Shown here piece by piece: positions 52,577 to 62,276 of a stretch of 64,000 nt of DNA. The stretch is from positions 32,001 through 96,000 of the forward strand of contig CAWIEK010000009.1 of assembly GCA_963835065.1 (NCBI GenBank). Direction: 5' to 3'. Under the pieces are notes generated by a model. The model worked only from the letters and a program-made list of their open reading frames with translations. It had not been told where the DNA came from and did no database searches. The translations under genes were made by a program, and so were the position numbers. Position 1 is the first letter of the stretch. Every line of letters starts with the position of its first letter. This DNA comes from an uncultured Chthonomonadaceae bacterium. Lineage in GTDB: Bacteria > Armatimonadota > Chthonomonadetes > Chthonomonadales > Chthonomonadaceae.

Positions 52577-53431
52577 TTATGGATTCTGCGTTTCGGATCC
52601 CGTATTAGAAGCGCGAAGCAACTGCTGCGGTTCCGTCGGCGCACTGGAAACGACCGGGCGCAGCAACGTATCGAGCGCGTCTGGTTGCGTTCCGGCGCGC
52701 AACAGAGTTTGTTCCACGCGGGCATGTTCGGCGCGCTGCTGTACATACGGCAAGCACTCCTGCGCGGCAAAACGCACTTGCGGATTGCGGGCTGTACGCG
52801 CCAACTTCTCCACATGCGGAACCGCTTTCTCATCCCCAATTTGTTCCAGCGCCTTCAAAATGGCTATCTTCAAATCTGCGCCCCAAAATCGTCCGTAGTA
52901 TGGAAAATACTCGTCATTGCTCAGACAACGATACAGACATTTGCGCTGCTGGGACGTAAGCAGGATGGTATCCGTAGCCTGTAATCGCGGCAGCATTTGT
53001 ATCAACATTCCTTTGAAACGCGCGTTTCGCAGAAGTTGTGATGTGGCATAAACTTCAATGAGCGGGCCAATTGCCTGTGGAATATCCAGAACTGCGATGT
53101 TGCGGGCAACGCGACTCTTCCATTGCGAAAACAGATATAGCACCCCTATAAAGCCGCAGCTGAAGAAGATTGAGTAGTCTCTGACAAAGCCATGTCCGGG
53201 AAGAGTGCCGAACATTACAGCCGGAATGTAAAGCAAGCCATAAATAGTTACAAAGACCATTTCCAGTTTGCGTATACGATTCAGCCGTTTTATATCACCG
53301 GCAATTAAGGCTTGCAAGTCGGCTTGCGCCTGCTGCCGTTCCGCGTCGTTGGAACTGTTCAGGCGGCGGGCGAGCGCGACGGTATCCACATCCGTAGGAA
53401 ATGTCGGCATAAAGCGCGTTTTCTCCGGCAT
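52577..53431 (-). CDS. HEAT-repeat membrane protein with triple LLR tail
   Basis: 2 TM segments; ILKALEQIGDEKAVPHVEKLA; VRFAAQECL; LLRA..LLRP..LLRA. Confidence 0.8.
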   Translation of the reverse strand: MPEKTRFMPTFPTDVDTVALARRLNSSNDAERQQAQADLQALIAGDIKRLNRIRKLEMVFVTIYGLLYIPAVMFGTLPGHGFVRDYSIFFSCGFIGVLYLFSQWKSRVARNIAVLDIPQAIGPLIEVYATSQLLRNARFKGMLIQMLPRLQATDTILLTSQQRKCLYRCLSNDEYFPYYGRFWGADLKIAILKALEQIGDEKAVPHVEKLARTARNPQVRFAAQECLPYVQQRAEHARVEQTLLRAGTQPDALDTLLRPVVSSAPTEPQQLLRASNTGSETQNP

Positions 53432-53562
53432 GGGCGCGTTGTTGAGGGTGCGCGCAATGCGAACAGGGGTGTGCAGCCTGGCAAAGCGTTACTTTTACTC
53501 AGATGGCGCGTCGTACCTGTAGCGTGTATACTGAGGGTATCCCTTTCGTTGACGGAGTAACC

Positions 53563-54024
53563 ATGTCGCGTGGCGCAGAACCAGAACAATCCAATAATCT
53601 TATTCTAAACGAACCTTCGGATTCGCCTGCCGATGCCAAAATCACGCCACACCCTGACCAAGTTTCCGCGCATCTTGCCAATGAGCGCACCTTTCTGGCG
53701 TGGAGTTTCACGTCCCTGTTCATCATGAGCGGCGGGGTCGCGTTGGCGCGAGCGTTGGTTGCGCTGAATACATCGCCACTATCGTCAGGAGCAAGCGGCG
53801 CGGCAGTGGTTATTTTTTATCCCACAACGCTGGGCCTGATATTCCTGGCGGCGGGGCTGGCGATTATGGTCATGGCGGCCTGTCGCTATATGAGCGCGCA
53901 GGAACAGATTATCCAGCGCCGCTATCGCCCTTGCAGTACATGGGTGATGGTGTACCTCGCCATTATTCTGGCGCTGTGCGCGATTCTGGCCGGGTTCCTG
54001 CTGCAATTACGGGGCACTTTGTAA
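53563..54024 (+). CDS. DUF202/YidH family membrane protein
   Basis: HLANERTFLAW signature; 3 TM segments. Confidence 0.9.
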   Translation: MSRGAEPEQSNNLILNEPSDSPADAKITPHPDQVSAHLANERTFLAWSFTSLFIMSGGVALARALVALNTSPLSSGASGAAVVIFYPTTLGLIFLAAGLAIMVMAACRYMSAQEQIIQRRYRPCSTWVMVYLAIILALCAILAGFLLQLRGTL

Positions 54025-54054
54025 AAGGGTCTGTCAAACGCGCGCAAGTTCTTA

Positions 54055-54164
54055 GGGACTTTCACCAAAATAAACGTTCCACCTGACCGAGTCGTGAACG
54101 ACCCGTCTAATGGGCGTTCCGCCAGCCAGTCTGCGACCGGAACACTTATTTTTGTGAAAGTCCC
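54055..54164. mobile_element. MITE-like element with TTA flanking direct repeats
   Basis: TIRs gggactttcaccaaaataa..gttcc / ggaac..ttatttttgtgaaagtccc; TTA at 54052-54054 and 54165-54167. Confidence 0.65.
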
Positions 54165-54247
54165 TTACTGCTTACGCCGCTCCTCATTTCTTCGCCTACA
54201 GTTTGTACTCTTACCGATCTTTTCCTCACCAATCACAATGAACCACT

Positions 54248-55087
54248 ATGACAAACACACTACGCAAACCTGTTCTGGACGCCGCATTTTGGGCATGTAA
54301 ACCGCTTATAGGCATGGTACACCTGGGCGCGCTGCCGGGAAGTCCGCGCGATACCGGCGAACCGATAGACGCGCTGCTGCAACGCGCCATAGCCGACGCG
54401 CAGGCATTGGAAGCCGGGGGAGCTGACGCCATCATGGTGGAAAACTTCTTCGACGCGCCTTTTGCCAAAGACCATCTGCCGCCGCATACGGTTGCCGCGC
54501 TGACGCGGGCGGTACAGGCCGTGCGAGACGCGACAAATTTGCCGATTGGCGTCAATGCCCTGCGCAATGACGCGCTTGCCGCCATCGCCATCGCGCACGT
54601 TTGCGGCGCGCAGTTTGTTCGTATCAACGTCTTTGTCGGCGCGGCGGTGACGGATCAGGGAATCATCGAGGGCGCGGCGCGGGCGGCCAATCTGTACCGC
54701 CGGGAACTGCGCGCGGACGTGCAGCTATGGGCAGACGTGTTCGTAAAACACGCCGCGCAATTGGGCGCGAACACGCTGGAAGACGCCGCCAAAGACGCCG
54801 TATTGCGCGGGCTTGCCGATGCCCTGATCGTCAGCGGAACCGCAACCGGCAACGCTACCGCCCCCGACGATGTTCGCCGCGTGAAGCAGGCCGCGCCCCA
54901 AACGCCCGTGCTGATCGGCAGCGGCTTTGACGCCGACACCGCGCCCGCATTGCTTGTCCATGCGGATGGCGCGATTGTCGGCACGAGCCTGAAGCGCGAC
55001 GGCCAGGTTGCCAATCCCGTTGATACTTCCCGCGTCCGCAGTCTGCGCCAGGCCATGCGGGGAGAAATGAACCACCCGCTGCGCTAG
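54248..55087 (+). CDS. BtpA/SgcQ family protein
   Basis: IGMVHLGALPGSP, MVENFFDAPF, GVNALRND, FVRINV, DVFVKHA, GSG. Confidence 0.93.
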   Translation: MTNTLRKPVLDAAFWACKPLIGMVHLGALPGSPRDTGEPIDALLQRAIADAQALEAGGADAIMVENFFDAPFAKDHLPPHTVAALTRAVQAVRDATNLPIGVNALRNDALAAIAIAHVCGAQFVRINVFVGAAVTDQGIIEGAARAANLYRRELRADVQLWADVFVKHAAQLGANTLEDAAKDAVLRGLADALIVSGTATGNATAPDDVRRVKQAAPQTPVLIGSGFDADTAPALLVHADGAIVGTSLKRDGQVANPVDTSRVRSLRQAMRGEMNHPLR

Positions 55088-55241
55088 AGACACAGAGACA
55101 CAGAGGAAAAGCAATGCGAGAGGAACGACGAGAGAAACAACCGGCATACTCATGCCCACAGGACAATTGGCCGCTGGCCTAACAACCGGTATTTTATATA
55201 CCGGTTGAAAATGGCAGTCTCATGTTTTACAGGTTTGCCTG

Positions 55242-55487
55242 TTACGAGCGTTGGGTTACGTCCCAAACCACGTCTCGGATGCCGGGGATGGTGCGCAGGA
55301 TTTGTGAAATCTGCATCATTTCGGCTTTCAGGTCCACGCCGGGATGGGAGCGCAGCGTACCCAGGACGCCGGTGAGATGCACGTTCCCACCGATCACGCT
55401 CACGCTGAGCATGGAAGTATCTACGTACCGCCGCGCAATTTGGGCGCGCACCTTGCGCGTCTCTTCCTTGTTGTTATGAGCAGACAT
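55242..55487 (-). CDS. Small BON-like domain protein
   Basis: LSVSVIGGNVHLTGVL...RTIPGIRDVV resembles a BON fold. Confidence 0.6.
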   Translation of the reverse strand: MSAHNNKEETRKVRAQIARRYVDTSMLSVSVIGGNVHLTGVLGTLRSHPGVDLKAEMMQISQILRTIPGIRDVVWDVTQRS

Positions 55488-55574
55488 TTTCGACTTCTTT
55501 CTCACGCGCCTTGCGTGAAGAGTGGAACGCCTTGCGCCGCAACGCGCCCCGCGAACCATGTTAATGCGCCCTGT

Positions 55575-55678
55575 TCAAATAAGAGTTCGTAGGGGCGCAA
55601 TTTATTGCGCCCTCTTGGAACCGGCAACTTGTGGACTGGAACCGGCAATTTATTGCGCCCCTACGAACTCTTATTTGA
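55575..55678. repeat. REPIN-like element (GTAG REP doublet in a 27-bp perfect IR)
   Basis: tcaaataagagttcgtaggggcgcaat ... attgcgcccctacgaactcttatttga. Confidence 0.85.
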
Positions 55679-55778
55679 CTGGCTGGCTTGAGAATACGAC
55701 CTGCCGCCGTAGTGAAGGACATAAATAAATCTATCTACTTGTAGACGCGAAAAAACTCTGCTTCGTTCCTCTGCCTGT

Positions 55779-56303
55779 TTACCCTTGCTTTTCAGGTGCT
55801 TTTGGCACTGAAGCCTCGGATGCTTCTCCGGCCTCGCTTGCGCGCAACAGGCTGTCGCCTGTTACCGGGGTTACGCCCTGCGCGGGACGGAGCAGAATGT
55901 CCGGGTTTGCAGGCGGCTCGGACGAGGGATGCAGCAGGGTTTGCGCCAAATAGCCCGGTTCGGTTCGCTCCCGCATCCGATGCAGGCATTGCGTCGCCGC
56001 TTCCCGCACTTCCGAGGAGGTTCGCAGGGCCGCGTTGGGCAGGCTCACAAACTCGACATGGCGCATAACCCACGCCAGATTTCGTATCCCTTCCCGCTCC
56101 TGAAGGGCGCGGAGGGTGGCAATCACTTCGTCCGGCGTGTAATCCCCGTGGCGGTTCACGCAGAGATTGGCGAGACTGCGCTGCGCCTGCTCCCGAACTC
56201 CAATGTCGGCGTCGCACAGGCCGTTGAGCAACCATTGAATATGCGCCTCCTGCGTTTGAGCCGGAGGCATTTTGCGCAGCCATTGTATGATTTGAGCCAG
56301 CAT
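55779..56303 (-). CDS. HEAT-like protein with triple LLx tail
   Basis: LCDADIGVREQAQRSL, EVREAATQCL, LLHP..LLRP..LLRA; GGAG before ATG 56303. Confidence 0.65.
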   Translation of the reverse strand: MLAQIIQWLRKMPPAQTQEAHIQWLLNGLCDADIGVREQAQRSLANLCVNRHGDYTPDEVIATLRALQEREGIRNLAWVMRHVEFVSLPNAALRTSSEVREAATQCLHRMRERTEPGYLAQTLLHPSSEPPANPDILLRPAQGVTPVTGDSLLRASEAGEASEASVPKAPEKQG

Positions 56304-56432
56304 CCACCCTGCTCCACGCCAACCGGCAACATTCCCGCTTGCAAGTGGTATCAATATGCGGCACTCAAACAAGTTTTTCCTGCTCGAATCCGAAACCAAA
56401 CCAAATTCCTGTCCGTTTAGCCATAATAGAGA

Positions 56433-57785
56433 GTGGGCATACTCGCCATCACTCGAAACGTTCTGCAAGCAACGACACAAACAACCAACAGATATAAAAC
56501 GAAAGCAACGCTTTTGCGTCGAACACTGGAAACCGAACAAACTCCAACCCTGGACGCGCCCCTGCTGAACGCGCGGCCTGCCGTCACAACCGAGGCGGAC
56601 GTGGTGGCAAAACGCGGCTTGCACGCGCCCGAAACGCAAACGCAGCAGACCGCTGCTATTGCCACGCGCAACCCCAACGCTATTGTCGCCCTGCCACCCA
56701 CCCCGCAGCAGCTTGCCGTGAAAGCGCAGGTTGCGGAAGCGATTGCTCAACGGCAGCGCGAACAGCAAAAGCGGCGACTGGTGGAACACGTTGTCAATGG
56801 CGACGGCGGGCCGTATCAGTGGCATGCCAGTGTTTTTGAAACGTTTGGCTACGCGCTTGCGTCAGGAATGGCAACGAGTGACGCCTTGCGGCAGGCAACG
56901 CGCGCGGCGAACCCGCAGATGCAAGCCCTGTTCGCGGACATTGCCGCGCAGATCGAGCAGGGCGCGACACTGGTACAGGCGCTCAAAACGCATCAGGAGC
57001 AGTTGCCCGACATCGTTGTACCCATCTTTGAACATGGGCTGATTTACGGCACGGCGGAAAATGCGGCGCGACAGACAGCCAGAGCCTTGCAGCAACTGGC
57101 GGGCGTACAATCCAAATTCGAGTACAGCGCGCTTAATCCCGGCTTTGTGATGCCCCTGATTGCGGGCGGCATTATGATTTTGGCGCTGCTGCCATTTTTT
57201 TTAATCTGCGCCAATCCGCTGGTTCCCTATACGCTGTTTTGCGCGTTGATGTTCGGCGGAAGCGCATTAGTCTGGAAGTTCCGGCATAAGCTGACGCAGC
57301 GCAAGGCTGCGAATGTCGCTGTATCAAAATTTGTGCTGCGCGGTTGGGGCAAAGGATTTGTGCGGCGTCAGATGGGCGGGGCGCAGTGGTCACGCACATT
57401 TGCCGCGCTGTGGCACTGCGGCGTTCCCATCAGTTCCGCGCTGGAAGCGGCAGGACGCAGCACGCGCAACGCGCACTACGAAAGCATTTTGTGCGAAGCC
57501 GCGCAAGCCGCGCGCAATGGCGTGAGTTTGAGCGACAGCCTGGCGCAAGTCGGCTTGCTCAAAGGCGAAATGATCAACACCCTTCGCACGGGCGAAATGA
57601 CGGGCGACTTAGGTCCCGTTCTGGAGCAATACGCGGACGTCCTGGAAGACGACGCCAAGCAGCGAGGCGCGCAGGTCTTGTTTCTGAGTACCTTCGGCCT
57701 GGTATTCGCGTGTGCCCTGATCATCTGCATCCTGGCGCTGATCTTCGCCTACATCTATTCCGGCAGGCCGATGCCGGTAGACTAG
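56433..57785 (+). CDS. Type II secretion system F family (PilC/GspF-like) protein
   Basis: Two T2SSF repeats (IAAQIEQGATLVQAL; GVPISSALE..GVSLSDSL..GEMTGDL) with TM segments. Confidence 0.85.
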   Translation: MGILAITRNVLQATTQTTNRYKTKATLLRRTLETEQTPTLDAPLLNARPAVTTEADVVAKRGLHAPETQTQQTAAIATRNPNAIVALPPTPQQLAVKAQVAEAIAQRQREQQKRRLVEHVVNGDGGPYQWHASVFETFGYALASGMATSDALRQATRAANPQMQALFADIAAQIEQGATLVQALKTHQEQLPDIVVPIFEHGLIYGTAENAARQTARALQQLAGVQSKFEYSALNPGFVMPLIAGGIMILALLPFFLICANPLVPYTLFCALMFGGSALVWKFRHKLTQRKAANVAVSKFVLRGWGKGFVRRQMGGAQWSRTFAALWHCGVPISSALEAAGRSTRNAHYESILCEAAQAARNGVSLSDSLAQVGLLKGEMINTLRTGEMTGDLGPVLEQYADVLEDDAKQRGAQVLFLSTFGLVFACALIICILALIFAYIYSGRPMPVD

Positions 57786-57810
57786 CGGCAAAACGAACGA
57801 AAAGAACCTT

Positions 57811-57978
57811 CACCACAGAGGCACAGAGACACAGAGGGGTCACAGAGGGGAAGAAAAGAAGAAGAGAAGAAGAGAAGAAAAGGAGAGGGAACAGCCAAAT
57901 ATACGAAGCGTCATAGTTCCTCCTTTCCTTTTCTTTATTCTCTCTATGAAACCTCTGTGTCTCTGTGCCTCTGTGGTG
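57811..57978. repeat. caccacagaggcacagag palindromic repeat
   Basis: Inverted arms flanking purine/pyrimidine tracts. Confidence 0.85.
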
Positions 57979-58003
57979 GGAACGAATTTTTAAGGAGTTG
58001 ACT

Positions 58004-59377
58004 GTGCAAGCACGAATTACCAGGCGGCAGATACTGACGGGGGCGGCGCTGATAGCGGCGGGCGTGGCGAACGGCTTAGGGCGCAACCGTCCCGCGCTTG
58101 CCAACGTCACGATTGGGCCGAACCCGCATAAAACGGGCGGCGATGCGCTCGTGGTGGTGTTTCTGCGCGGGGGCGCGGACGGCCTGAACATTGTCATCCC
58201 ACACGGCGAAGACAATTACCACCGTTACCGGCCCACGCTCGCCCTTGCCCGTCCCAATGACCGTACTGCCGCCGCAGCCGCCCGCGCGCTCGATTTGGAC
58301 GGCTTTTTCGGGCTGCATCCATCGCTGGCCCCTCTTCTGCCGCTGTACCAGAACGGGCAAATGGGCATCGTTCATGCCATCGGGTCGGGCGACAAGACCC
58401 GTTCCCACTTTGAAGCGATGGCAACGATGGAACGCGGCATTGCCAGTGACACGGGCGCGGCCAGTGGGTGGCTCGCCCGCCATCTCGTGACAACCGCCGA
58501 TCCCAACAACTCGCCCCTGCGCGCCGTCGCCATCACCGATACCATGCCCGACTCCCTGCGCGGCGCCAACAACGCCACCTCGCTAACCTCATTGGCGGAT
58601 TACAAACTGAATGTGCAGCAAGTGGCGGACGAGGGAAAAGGGAAAAGGGAAAAGGGAAAAGATACAAACCCAACACCCAACACCCAACACCCAACACTCC
58701 GTTCCGACGCTTTGACCGAAACGCTGCGCGGGCTGTATGCGGCAACCGAGAAGACGGACGCGCTGCAAAGCGCGGGGCAGGAAACCTTGCTGGCATTGGA
58801 CGCGATTCGGCAGCTTGATCCCGCGCATTATCGGCCTGCGCCGGGCGTCACCTATCCCGGCAACGATCTGGGCAACGGACTGCGGCAGGCGGCGTGTCTG
58901 CTCAAAGGCAACATCGGGCTGGAAATGGCCTGTTTGGACATGGGCGGATGGGACACGCACGTCGCGCAGGGACGCGACGCGGGATTTCAGCCGGCGCGTT
59001 TAAATGAACTGGGCCGCGCCCTGGCCGCGTTTCACGCCGATCTTGGTCCCGCCGCAAGCCACGTCACCACGATTGTCATGACGGAATTCGGGCGGCGGGC
59101 GGCGGAAAACAGCGGGCTTGGCACGGATCACGGGCGGGCAAGCTGCATGTTCCTCTTAGGCGGCGGCGTGGTGGGCGGCAAGGTACACGGACAATGGCCG
59201 GGGCTGGCCGAGTCGCAACTGGAAAATGCGGGCGGCGGACAGGGAGATTTGCGCGTCACGACGGATTACCGCGACGTTCTGGCCGAAGTCGTTTCCCTCC
59301 GCCTGCGCAACCCCCGCCTCGCCGAAGTGTTCCCGGACTACGCGCCCCAGTTGCGCGGCGTGGTTCGACAAGCGTAA
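58004..59377 (+). CDS. DUF1501 domain protein with Tat-like N-terminus
   Basis: TRRQIL, LVVVFLRGGADGLN, RSHFEA, GGWDTH, TEFGRR, GTDHG, TTDYRD. Confidence 0.93.
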   Translation: MQARITRRQILTGAALIAAGVANGLGRNRPALANVTIGPNPHKTGGDALVVVFLRGGADGLNIVIPHGEDNYHRYRPTLALARPNDRTAAAAARALDLDGFFGLHPSLAPLLPLYQNGQMGIVHAIGSGDKTRSHFEAMATMERGIASDTGAASGWLARHLVTTADPNNSPLRAVAITDTMPDSLRGANNATSLTSLADYKLNVQQVADEGKGKREKGKDTNPTPNTQHPTLRSDALTETLRGLYAATEKTDALQSAGQETLLALDAIRQLDPAHYRPAPGVTYPGNDLGNGLRQAACLLKGNIGLEMACLDMGGWDTHVAQGRDAGFQPARLNELGRALAAFHADLGPAASHVTTIVMTEFGRRAAENSGLGTDHGRASCMFLLGGGVVGGKVHGQWPGLAESQLENAGGGQGDLRVTTDYRDVLAEVVSLRLRNPRLAEVFPDYAPQLRGVVRQA

Positions 59378-59392
59378 GAAAGAAGAGCAGAA

Positions 59393-59436
59393 TGGGAAAG
59401 GCTGGCTTTGCTTGCTTGCAAAGCCAGCCTTTCCCA
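59393..59436. terminator. Terminator hairpin between convergent genes
   Basis: tgggaaaggctggctttgc / gcaaagccagcctttccca. Confidence 0.8.
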
Positions 59437-59444
59437 ATTAAAGG

Positions 59445-59924
59445 CTAAGGCGATCCTGAACAGTCTTCCACCTGTATTCTTTCCATTGCCAGGACATTGC
59501 CCCTCTTCGACCATCCTGAGAGCACCTCTGCTATTTCGTGTGTCTTGCCGTTCTCACGCTGTACTTCCAGGGCAAAAGCATATACGTGAGGTCGCCAACT
59601 CCAGCGCGTACCGGTGATACGATAATGCAGAACACGTCCGTACCGTTTCTGCATCATCAGCAGCCATACCTGGGTAAGAGAGTTGTCGGCTTCTCCTCCT
59701 CCCTGGGCCGCGAGGTAGCCGCGATCCACGAGGGTACGCGCAGCTTGCTCATCGGCAGGACTGCGGTCAACACGAAGCCAGATTGCCCATACTACAATTG
59801 CAGCAACTCCCCCCAGCAACTTTACACCTACAGGCCTCCACAGGTTCCGTTCTCTCACAGCTACCAACTTTCCGCGCCTGATCTTCGCGACGAGACTTCC
59901 GGCACAATCGCAGCTACGGCGCAA
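59445..59924 (-). CDS. Hypothetical protein with one TM segment (start uncertain)
   Basis: LLGGVAAIVVWAIW hydrophobic segment; co-oriented downstream of the TPR gene. Confidence 0.5.
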   Translation of the reverse strand: MRRSCDCAGSLVAKIRRGKLVAVRERNLWRPVGVKLLGGVAAIVVWAIWLRVDRSPADEQAARTLVDRGYLAAQGGGEADNSLTQVWLLMMQKRYGRVLHYRITGTRWSWRPHVYAFALEVQRENGKTHEIAEVLSGWSKRGNVLAMERIQVEDCSGSP

Positions 59925-59995
59925 TCAATGGTCGTATGTTTCTCCTCAATTCACTGCCGTTCGCGCCTTCTCCTCTTCTCCCCATCTCTCGCGGT

Positions 59996-61627
59996 CTATT
60001 TTCCCGGCGCGGCTCCTTTGGTCGTCATGCGCGTCAGGTTTTCTTTGGCTAAGGTATTGCCGGGGGCCAGTTGCGTGGCTTTGCGGCAGGCGGCGATAGC
60101 TTTGGGAAGGTCGCCTTTGGCTTCATACGCCACGCCGAGATTGTTGAAGGCATCGGCAAAATTCGTGTCCAATTGCGTGGCTTTGGTGAAGTGGGTAATG
60201 GCTTCGTCGTACTTGTGGTCTTTTTGCGCCACCAGCCCCAGGCCATTGTGCGCGTTAGCGTTGGTGGGGTCGGCCTTCGCCGCCTGCGCGAACAGTTCGC
60301 GGGCGCGAGTCGTACCCGCAGTATCGCCTTGCTTGAAGTAATGGACGCCCAATGTCAGGCACAATGGAGCCAATGCGGGGCCGGTTCCGACGTGCTTCAC
60401 AGCGTCTTCCAGAACAGCCGCCGCCTCGTCGTTTTTGCCGGCATTTTGCAGCGACAGGCTATAATTGGCCCAAGCGGACGCGCTTTCCGGTTTTAGTGTG
60501 GTCAGCTTTTGAAAGGTGAGGGCGGCTTCGGCGTAGTGGCTCTGCTCGTACTGCGCGGCTCCCATGCCTTGCAGCGCGCCGATGTTGTTGGGGTCCAGCT
60601 TTAACACGCCTTGATACGCCTTGATAGCGGCATCGTAATGTTTCAAGCGCGATTGAACCAGCCCCAGATTGTACAGGGGTTTGGGATCGGCGGGACGCAA
60701 CTGCGCGGCTTTGGCAAACTGCGCGGCAGCCGCTTCGTCGCGCTCCAGTTCATACAGCGTTTCACCATACGCGGCGCGAATGGTGTAATCTTCCGGCGCG
60801 AATTTCTGCGCCTGCGCCAGCGAAGTTTGAGCGGCGATGAGCTGCGTCTTCCCTGCGGTATGGTCTGCCGCGCTTTTGGAGGCAAGCAGTTTATGAGCGG
60901 CGCTTTGCTGTGCCAGGCCGAGGTTGAGCCAGAAACTGGGGTTGGTGGGTTCCAGGCGCGTGGCGGCCTGATGCGGGGGAATGGCGTCCATGTAGTTGCC
61001 CGACATCTGAAAGGCGTATCCCAATCCATCCTGCACATACGCATCGTCAGGAGACAGCGACACGGCTTTCTGGAACGCGGCCAGGGCTTCGGTTTTATGC
61101 CCCATCTTCAAATCCAGGCTGCCGAGATTGTAGTAAGCGTCGGCCAGGCGCGGCATTTTGGGTTCCAGCTTGATCGCGGTCTCAAACTCTTTGACGGCTT
61201 CGGGATAGCGCTTCAGGCCGTCGTAAATGTTGCCCAGGTTGAGATGGCCGTCCGCCAGATTGGGCCGCAGGGCAACGGCATCCAGCATCGGCTGAAGCGC
61301 TTCCTCGTAGTGCCGCTGCTGCAATTGAATAAAGCCGATCCAAAACAGCGCGGTGGGTTCTTTGGGCGACAGTTCATGCGCCTTTTGAAACTCCGTCAGC
61401 GCGTCATCCAATTTCTTGCCGTTGTAGTTCTTGACGCCCAGATCGAAATGTTCGCGGGCGGTGTCGGCGGCGCGGGCAGGCAGGGGCGCGGGCAGCAGCA
61501 ATCCACAAATAAGGCCAAGCGTCAGCACCGCCACGCTCCGATGGGAACGCAAGCGCCGAAAGAAGGCATTGCGGGCGCAGCATGGTAGGAGCGGAAACAA
61601 GCGCGTCACGCGGTGGAACATAGTCAC
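59996..61627 (-). CDS. Exported tetratricopeptide repeat protein
   Basis: Signal peptide; many A..NLG..Y TPR motifs. Confidence 0.93.
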   Translation of the reverse strand: MTMFHRVTRLFPLLPCCARNAFFRRLRSHRSVAVLTLGLICGLLLPAPLPARAADTAREHFDLGVKNYNGKKLDDALTEFQKAHELSPKEPTALFWIGFIQLQQRHYEEALQPMLDAVALRPNLADGHLNLGNIYDGLKRYPEAVKEFETAIKLEPKMPRLADAYYNLGSLDLKMGHKTEALAAFQKAVSLSPDDAYVQDGLGYAFQMSGNYMDAIPPHQAATRLEPTNPSFWLNLGLAQQSAAHKLLASKSAADHTAGKTQLIAAQTSLAQAQKFAPEDYTIRAAYGETLYELERDEAAAAQFAKAAQLRPADPKPLYNLGLVQSRLKHYDAAIKAYQGVLKLDPNNIGALQGMGAAQYEQSHYAEAALTFQKLTTLKPESASAWANYSLSLQNAGKNDEAAAVLEDAVKHVGTGPALAPLCLTLGVHYFKQGDTAGTTRARELFAQAAKADPTNANAHNGLGLVAQKDHKYDEAITHFTKATQLDTNFADAFNNLGVAYEAKGDLPKAIAACRKATQLAPGNTLAKENLTRMTTKGAAPGK

Positions 61628-61925
61628 ATCTCCTGCGGTTTCCCTTCCCGCACAGCCTGTGTTGCCGGGAATGTCGAAAACGCGGTAGGTCAGGGCGCGG
61701 TTTAAAATACGTCTTTCTCATTATACTGCGCAAACGGGGAAGATGCAATCGGTGTTCAGGTGTTCGGGTGTTCAGGTGTTCGGGTGGTGATCTTGCCAAG
61801 TTACAGAAAACTTCGGTACTCTTGTATTTCCTGAATACCGAATGAACACCTGAACTAAACAGCCCCCTTACTTTTCGGTAAGTGGGGCTGTTTGCACAAT
61901 GGGAACACGCGGGAAGAGGCGTAAT

Positions 61926-62216
61926 TTATTTGGCTGCGTATCCCAGCGTCGCAAGGAGATCGGATTTCGTGTTGTCCGAGTAGCTTTCCTGCGTTTCTTT
62001 GATAACGGAAGCGTTGAATTCCGCGCGGGGAATGGCTTCCGGGTCTTCGTCTAAGGACGCTTCGGCGGCGGACTGCTGCTCCTTGATCTGGCGGAGCGCT
62101 TCGGCGAGTTGCGGGCCGAAGGCTTCCAAAATCTGGTCGGCGCTGGTATCGTCCTGAACCGGGATTTGCAGGGTTATCATCAAAACGGGTGTTTCCGGGT
62201 TGGTTTCTGGATTCAT
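61926..62216 (-). CDS. Small acidic hypothetical protein
   Basis: GAGGGAG RBS; protein-like composition. Confidence 0.65.
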   Translation of the reverse strand: MNPETNPETPVLMITLQIPVQDDTSADQILEAFGPQLAEALRQIKEQQSAAEASLDEDPEAIPRAEFNASVIKETQESYSDNTKSDLLATLGYAAK

Positions 62217-62276
62217 GATTTGTTCTCCCTCGTGGGCAAACATGCGTTCTTGCGCAGTACATCAGAAAGCGCGTAA

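Noticed and set aside
55182..55207. attC-like GCCTAAC start near 55177
   Set aside because: It is a simple short hairpin (aaccggtat/ataccggtt) between convergent genes, lacking L boxes and proper spacing; likely a terminator
56304..56825. 5' extension of ORF 55779-56825
   Set aside because: Overlaps the divergent T2SSF gene; the likely start is ATG 56303
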